DNA from: Chrysomallon squamiferum
Taxonomy: Eukaryota; Animalia; Mollusca
Assembly (NCBI GenBank): GCA_012295275.1
Contig: CM022678.1
Location: 7,688,001 to 7,752,000, forward strand
Direction: 5' to 3'
DNA: 64,000 bases
Under the pieces are notes generated by a model, which saw only the letters and a list, made by a program, of their open reading frames with translations, ran no database searches and was not told the DNA's origin. How positions within the stretch are numbered: the first letter of the stretch is position 1; each line of letters begins with the position of its first letter. Of the stretch, positions 57,025-64,000 are shown piece after piece. Position numbers and translations under genes: made by a program.

Positions 57025-59449
57025 ATATAAATGAGTGTACATCAACTGATGTCAGTATTACTAAGTATACTGATACTTGTACTAACAGAATCAGTGGATT
57101 CACTTGTTCCTGTCTGGCTGGGAAGAAACTTGAAAATGACCAGACAACATGTGTTAGTAAGCAGAATTTCTCATTACAAAATACAATAATGTAAAAATAA
57201 ATTTTTAAATATTTTAAAAACATAATTATATTTTGAAATCTGAAGCAATTTATTCTGTAAAATCAGAAATTTCTGATCATATTTAGATTATACTTATAAT
57301 ATAATTTTATAAATTTTGTTTTACCAAAAAAGACTAACACTAAAGTTTGATTTTAATTCAATTTATTTATTTTAAAATTAAATTTTATTTTTCCCTCTCA
57401 GAGCATTGTCAGTGTAAAGCTGGCTGGGTGGTGTGTGATGTGAAAACAACAGAGATGAATGTAGTGTTTCAACAGTTTCATGTCAAGCAAACAGCAACTG
57501 CAAAAACCTGCCAGTCTCCTGTCATTTGAGTGTAAGACAGGATATCATCACTTGTAAAATGAATGTGGAGGTGAGTTGGGTATACTTAATAAATAGTCAA
57601 GTTTTTCAATGTTAAACATTTTTGGTTACAAGTTGAAACTATGACATTTTACTTAATAAACAGTTATATGTTACAAATAATTCCTTATTATTTAATAAAT
57701 AGTTATATGTTACTAATGATTTCTTATTATTTATTAAATAGTTATGTTACTAATGATTTCTTATTATTTATTAAATAGTTATGTTACTAATGATTTCTTA
57801 TTATTTATGAAATAGTTATGTTACAAATGATTTCTTATTATTTATGAAAAATTATAGTTATTTGTTCTTAATAAATATTTATATGCTCAAAATGATTGCT
57901 TATTACTTTTTAAATACTGATATTCTAAAAATAATTCCTATGTATTTAAAAAATACAACTTATAGATTATTTCATAAATATTTTTGTGATTTTAATTCCC
58001 AAAGAAAACAAAATAGATGTTTTAAACTGAAAAATTACATAGAAATGAGTTAATTAATACAGCTGTCATAAAACGTTTTCTGCATTAAAATATAATAAAT
58101 AAATAAATGGAATAATAAAAATATCATTTTATACTTGTTAATAATTTTTTATTCAAAATTAAGAGAATGTTTATTTAACACAGAAAATCAGCTTTCAGTG
58201 ACTAAGAAATTAACATTGTTAAAAAAACAAAAAAGAAACAAAAACAAACCCTGTTTGGTACCAGCTAAATTTATTTTTGCAGTTTGAGTAAAATTCATTT
58301 TCAAGAACATTATGAATAAAAAAAAAAAAAAAAAAAAAGAATAATAATAATGTTTGACAACTAATAATTAAACTTATTAAAGCAGATATATATTCATTCA
58401 TTCACTCTTTACCTTCCTCATTTGTTCACTGTCTCCACCTTCATTATTCATTCATTCATTCATTCATGTAAACATCATTTTTTTTGGTGTTGAATGAGTG
58501 TTTGGTATCATTCTTGTACTGAGAGAAGTTACATTTGTTCTTGTCACAGTTGTTTAAAATTTTGATAAAATTATAAAATATTTTACTTTCATTTTTAGTC
58601 AGAATGTGATAAAATTATAAATTATTTTAGTTGTGACAAAATATAATAAAGTTATAAAAATATTTTATGTTCAGTTGTGACAGTGCTGCAGTGAACAGTT
58701 CGTGTGAACAGGGCTGCAGGGTGCATGACACAGTGGAGCAGTGTTTGTGTAGAAATGTTTACCTTGAATTCAGACAACAAAACATGCTCAGGTGAGTCAG
58801 TTCTATCTGGTTCTCAGGTTAAATTGTTCACTTCAAGCATTCTTAGTTTATTCATATTTCCAGTTTAAGTGTTATCTCTTTGAATCTGAATGGTCAGCAT
58901 TTCTACCATTATCTGGGGGTTTTTTTTTTTAATTTTTATTAATAATAATGTCATGCTCATTATATAATCAGCAATCAGTTTGCAACTTATGTATGCATTA
59001 GTAGCTTTTGTGCTATTCAAATAGTTAAGTTAAAATTCTCATTTCTGGAATTAAGAAAAATTTCAAAGCAGTTAATAGTGTTTCAGAAACTTGTCAGGAT
59101 TTATGAATAATTTTTATTTTTATTAATAATAGTTACATCTGTGTAACTTAAACTTGATTAATTTTAGAAATGCTCAGAACTTATGAATTTTAAATTTCAG
59201 TTAATCCATATATTAGAAATAATTTCTGTGTAAATGATATTTGAGTAATTTTAGAAACTTGTCAAAATGTATGAGAAAGTTTAATTGTTGTTAATGATTG
59301 AGATATGATTTATTTGTTTCTCTCTTTCAGATATAAATGAATGTAATTCAAAAATATTTACACTCAGAACTAAAACTACTAAGATGGAGTCTACACATGT
59401 AACTGTATGGATGGTTATAAATGGGAAACTGACAAAATTACTTGTAGAG
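57025..59449 (+). pseudogene. Calcium-binding EGF-repeat (fibrillin/mucin-like) gene relic, at least 4 exons
   Basis: About 57025-57156 DINECTSTDVSITKYTDTCTNRISGFTCSCLAGKKLENDQTTCV; about 57402-57570 HCQCKAGW/CENNRDECSV...CQANSNCKN/ECKTGY; about 58675-58791 SCEQGCRVHDTVEQCLCRN/LNSDNKTCS; 59331-59449 DINECNS/DGVYTCNCMDGYKWETDKITCR. Phase-1 junctions where checked; frameshifts, stops and a lost Cys. Confidence 0.85.
57650..57860. repeat. ~37-bp AT-rich minisatellite
   Basis: TTATTATTTATTAAATAGTTATGTTACTAATGATTTC, about 5 copies. Confidence 0.85.
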
Positions 59450-59589
59450 GTAGATATAAATATTAGTATATCACACACACATCAACAGATGCACAAGCAA
59501 AGATTCACACACATCAACACATGCACATGCAAATATTCACACACATGAAACATGCACACACAAACCTCCATATACATACATATACAGTG

Positions 59590-59930
59590 AATTTAATTAA
59601 ATCAAATCAAATACAGTGAAATCAATAAAATGAAATGATATACATTGAAATGAAATGCAGTGTGATACAGTGCAATACAATAAAATAAAATAAAATGAAA
59701 TGAAATACTGTGAAATACAATACACCACAACACAACACAATACAAAACAACACAATACAATAATTGAACTGAACTGAACAAAAACTGAACTGAACTGAAA
59801 TAAAACAAATTGAAATAATGATAAAATATAATAAAATTAATGGAATAAAATGAAATAAAATAAAATGTAATGTGTGAAATGATTCACAATGGAATAAATG
59901 AAATGAAATGCAATACAATGCTAAATTAAA
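59590..59930. repeat. Degenerate compound pentanucleotide repeat
   Basis: AAATG, AAAAT, AACAC and AACTG units. Confidence 0.8.
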
Positions 59931-61876
59931 CTGATTTTGTCCATGGAATAAATGGCTTTTTTTCAGAAAGTAAAAAAAAAAAAATCATGAAAATAATTAA
60001 ATCACAACCCATCCCATTTGAATCATATCAACCTTCATTTTACATGTAAATTTTATAATATTGTTTATACAAGTCTGAATATTATTTTAATTTTAATAAT
60101 ATTTATTTTATTTTTTCTTCAGGATCCTTTATCAAAAGCTTGTTTTGAGAATGAAAGAAAATGTGAGAAGTGACATTGATTCTAAGTGACTTGTTGTGTT
60201 TATCTCCAAGTTCTTCAAGTTTTCTCACTGTACTGAACAAACTAAACAGAAGATAAATCCACAACAAATATGAAGAACTGAATAACTTGAAGAATATTGA
60301 GAATTTCTAGAAAGTTCCACACCAAAAGTAATATTTTAAAAACAGTTACTTGTTATGTGGACTGCACTTACTGAAGAATTTATAAATCTGTGAAACTGTG
60401 ATTTCAGATTCAAAGTGTCATTCATGCAAGATACAGTCAGACATAGACCAGTGGACAGAATGTTTGGACCAGACAGTCAAGTGTGTGAAAAAGAAATTAT
60501 TTTTAAAAATGTCTGATGTAGAAATCCTTGATTTACTGCTTTAAAAAACTACAAATTGTGTAACTCAAGGGAGATAATTTTATTATTATGAGAATGTTTT
60601 ATTAATGTACTGTAAAGATATGTGAAAATGTTTGTTAATAAAACATAAAATGGAAGAAAATCTGTTGTTTGGAAGATATTTTCATTAATGATTACTTTGC
60701 AGATTTTATTATATGTCAAGTTATTTAGTAATTTTTAAAAAATGTTCAAACCAAATATACTTTTATTGGATCAATCAGAAATGTTGGCACCTCTCAGCAC
60801 TTTAAAACCTTATGAAACATTTAAAATATTTTTTAATTTGAAAGTTGAGATACATCTTATACCATGTTTTTCTAAATGTTTAGTTAATGATTTTGTTGAG
60901 ACGTTTTTGGTAGAAGGTAATGAAAATAACAATAGCATAAGTAATTGAGGGATTACTGTAATAATACTTTAATACTTTCTAGCTGCCTATCTATCTATCT
61001 TTCTGTTACAGATACTATGTCGAACCACTCATTACACATATTACACAAAATAACTAAAGTGATTCAAGTCTTATTGCTGACACTTGTTATACAGGCTTTT
61101 CTTTTTATTTATGACAGGTAATTATATTCAAAGATTTAAAATAGGTAGTTATAAATGTTTATTTAAATCCTGTTTTCTCCTTCCAAACAAATATTTAAAT
61201 TATTCTGAGTTTTGTTATTTATATTTTTAATTTAAGTAGAGTCATAGACAACTTCATAAGGTAAAGTATAATTCAACAATAAAAAGTCTGGGTGAGGATT
61301 GGCTGAGGGTAGGTTTACAGTTAGATTTAAGACTGATTAATATTCATTGATAGATTAAAAAAGTCTGTTTTAGGAATTTTGTTTTCTACAAATAAAGCTA
61401 TTATAATTCTTACTAGATTCAAAATAATTTTTAATTTCAATACACATTTTATTGTATTTTATAATTATTTCTGTATTGATTCAGTTATGTACTACTACTA
61501 CTGCTACTACTACTACTACTAATACTATTTAATATATATTGACAAAAGGAACATTTCAGTGTTAATTCAATAAATGTATTTGTAAATATCCTACACTTCA
61601 GATTATTTTTGCAAATTAGGTTAGGATTTTATATTTATTTATTTTACTTTATTATTTCTTAATATATTTACTTTTTCAAAAGTAGCAAATTATTTGTGTA
61701 TATCTTTGTATATAACAGGTTTAGGACCTGGTAATACATTCGAAAGTTACAGCTGACTGGTTTGTTTTGACAGAAAAGAAAAAGAGAAGACCTTGAATGT
61801 CACTCTGCTTAAAACATGATCATGTTATTTCCAACATATTTTAATTGTTATCTTCTTCTTCTTCTTCTTCTTCTTC

Positions 61877-61914
<38 letters not shown>

Positions 61915-62057
61915 ATTATTATTTTTTTTTTTAATTAACAAAGAAATAAATGTTAATAAAAGTAAACAGTACTACTATTGCTAATAATAATAATAATAAT
62001 AATAACAATAACAATTATGAAATGTTAATAAAAGTAAACAGTACTACTATTGCTAAC

Positions 62058-62089
<32 letters not shown>

Positions 62090-62867
62090 CAACAATTATA
62101 ATAAAGCCACTCAGTAAACTAATTCAACTCATTCTATAATCACATATTAAGCTGTGCATTATGAAGCAGCAAATAGACAGACAGACTCTCTCTCTCTAAA
62201 AGACAACAGAAAAACAGAAAAAGTAGTAATAGCAATTTTCTACTAGCGGATGGTAGCGGATATTTAAGGTTGTCTTTGTTATAAAGTTAAAAACGGATAT
62301 CTATGAGACTGTTTTTCAGTAGATACATTTCTCTTCTGTATACTAGGCATAGATAATCTTAATAAAGTAATAACGTTTATATGTATATAATCTTTTTATT
62401 ATTATCATTAAGATCGTGAAGTCTGTATATAGCAACTATAAATTAGAAAAAAGTCGTGTGTGTGTGTGTGTGTGTGTGTAATTAATTATAATAAGTAAAT
62501 AAACTGCATACATACAAAGTTTTAACATTTAAGAATTGAGATAAAATAGCTATGGCGGTATTTGCTTAACAACCAAAGTTTTAAAATTTTAGAATTAAGA
62601 TAATTAGCTATGGCGGGTTTTGTGTAACAAACAAAGTTTTAAAATGTGTCAGTCTAGGCTGGCTTCTCTTGCTCATTGAATTCGATGTTTTCATTGACAT
62701 CTGCAGTAATCTAATAATTTGTAATCTTTGCACAGTTCGGTGGGCCCTTTTATGAAATGGAGGTTAGTGGATCTCGAAATTCTGATCTTGTTTTGATAAG
62801 CGTTTGACAGCGGGTTAGGGTTAGATTTTTTCTCACCTGTGTAATCTGTGTCATTAAAGGCGTATAT

Positions 62868-62918
<51 letters not shown>

Positions 62919-63293
62919 TTGTGTTAATGTGTCTGTATACAGTGTATGCATGTGTGTGTGTGTACGCGTTTGTGTGATTTTTGTGTGTAATGCGTGTTGT
63001 ATGTGTATGTGTGTGGTTGTATGTTTATGGGTGTAGGTGTGTAACTTAAAACATCTTCCTTTTCGCTCGAGTATTTTATTGATCGTGATTAATGATATAT
63101 CTAGTTTATTATTGAAACTTTAAACAAATATAAATACATAATATAGTACTAATACTCTCTCTGACAGAAAATAATAACTTTTATTCACTGACATTTGTAA
63201 AACACTTATAAACACACGCACACACACACACATACACACATAAGACGACGGATATATTTTATTTACACAATGATTTATACAATAATACAATAT

Positions 63294-63295
<2 letters not shown>

Positions 63296-63377
<82 letters not shown>

Positions 63378-63608
63378 ACATAATTAGAAAGAAAAGAAAC
63401 AGAAAAAGACTAAAAAATAATAATAACTAGAATAAATTATATAACCGACGGCTTTGAAAATAAAATGAGTTTTTTAGAAGTCATGGGTATTCATTTGAGG
63501 TCACTGTAAGTTCAAGTTGACGTCACAGTTATACAATGTACTGCAGTGTAATTTATTTATTTTGGTTCCGGTTTAATAAACTGATTTTATTTTGTTTTAC
63601 TTGTATTT

Positions 63609-63705
<97 letters not shown>

Positions 63706-63755
63706 GTTTTTATAAGATTAACTGCCTTTGCTGTTATAGGGAAATAAAGAGCTAC

Positions 63756-63810
<55 letters not shown>
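63296..63810. repeat. (CT)n and (CA)n microsatellite cluster
   Basis: Direct reading. Confidence 0.9.
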
Positions 63811-63819
<9 letters not shown>

Positions 63820-64000
63820 ACGTACGTAAAAAAAAAAAAGGGTTCTTTCTTTTCTTAGCTGAAAGGGTCTCTTTATATATTGTTTATTATTTGTAGGTTA
63901 ACATTTATAAAGACTGAGCGAGATAAGTATAAGTACATAAATTACATTCAGAAATATTAATATTTTTACATACAGTTGACTATTAGATCGGGAAATAAAT

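Noticed and set aside
62812-62826. Telomeric repeat GGGTTAGGGTTAG
   Set aside because: Only about 2 units; too short to call an interstitial telomere.

Overview
AT-rich, intron-containing animal genomic DNA. It looks invertebrate, possibly mollusc, judging from the repeat families; this is an inference. It is not prokaryotic, and no intact multi-exon gene could be assembled. Nearly all ORFs in the supplied track are repeat artefacts. Main content: (1) A cluster of decayed, unprocessed CAMSAP/Patronin gene copies. Copy B (- strand, 33573-43145) is near-complete, running from the N-terminal region through CH and CC3 to CKK. Copy C (- strand, about 53.2-55.6 kb) is a direct partial duplicate. 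Copy A (+ strand, 189-1327) is inverted and runs off the left edge. A lone N-terminal exon lies on + at 30815. (2) Decayed cbEGF-repeat and ankyrin-repeat genes plus several orphan exons. (3) Transposon relics: L1/Tx1, RTEX/CR1-like LINE, MULE, a Sola/DUF7869-like intron-containing transposase and a Tc1 terminus. (4) A 9.4 kb satellite with a ~70-bp unit next to a 200-N gap, a 1.9 kb 24-bp minisatellite and many microsatellites. Protein and repeat family calls come from hand translation compared with remembered motifs; no searches were run. I found no evidence for a wholly new molecular system. The most interesting structure is the CAMSAP segmental-duplication cluster, with its alternative first exon, lineage-marking lesions and stops consistent with CGA->TGA decay.
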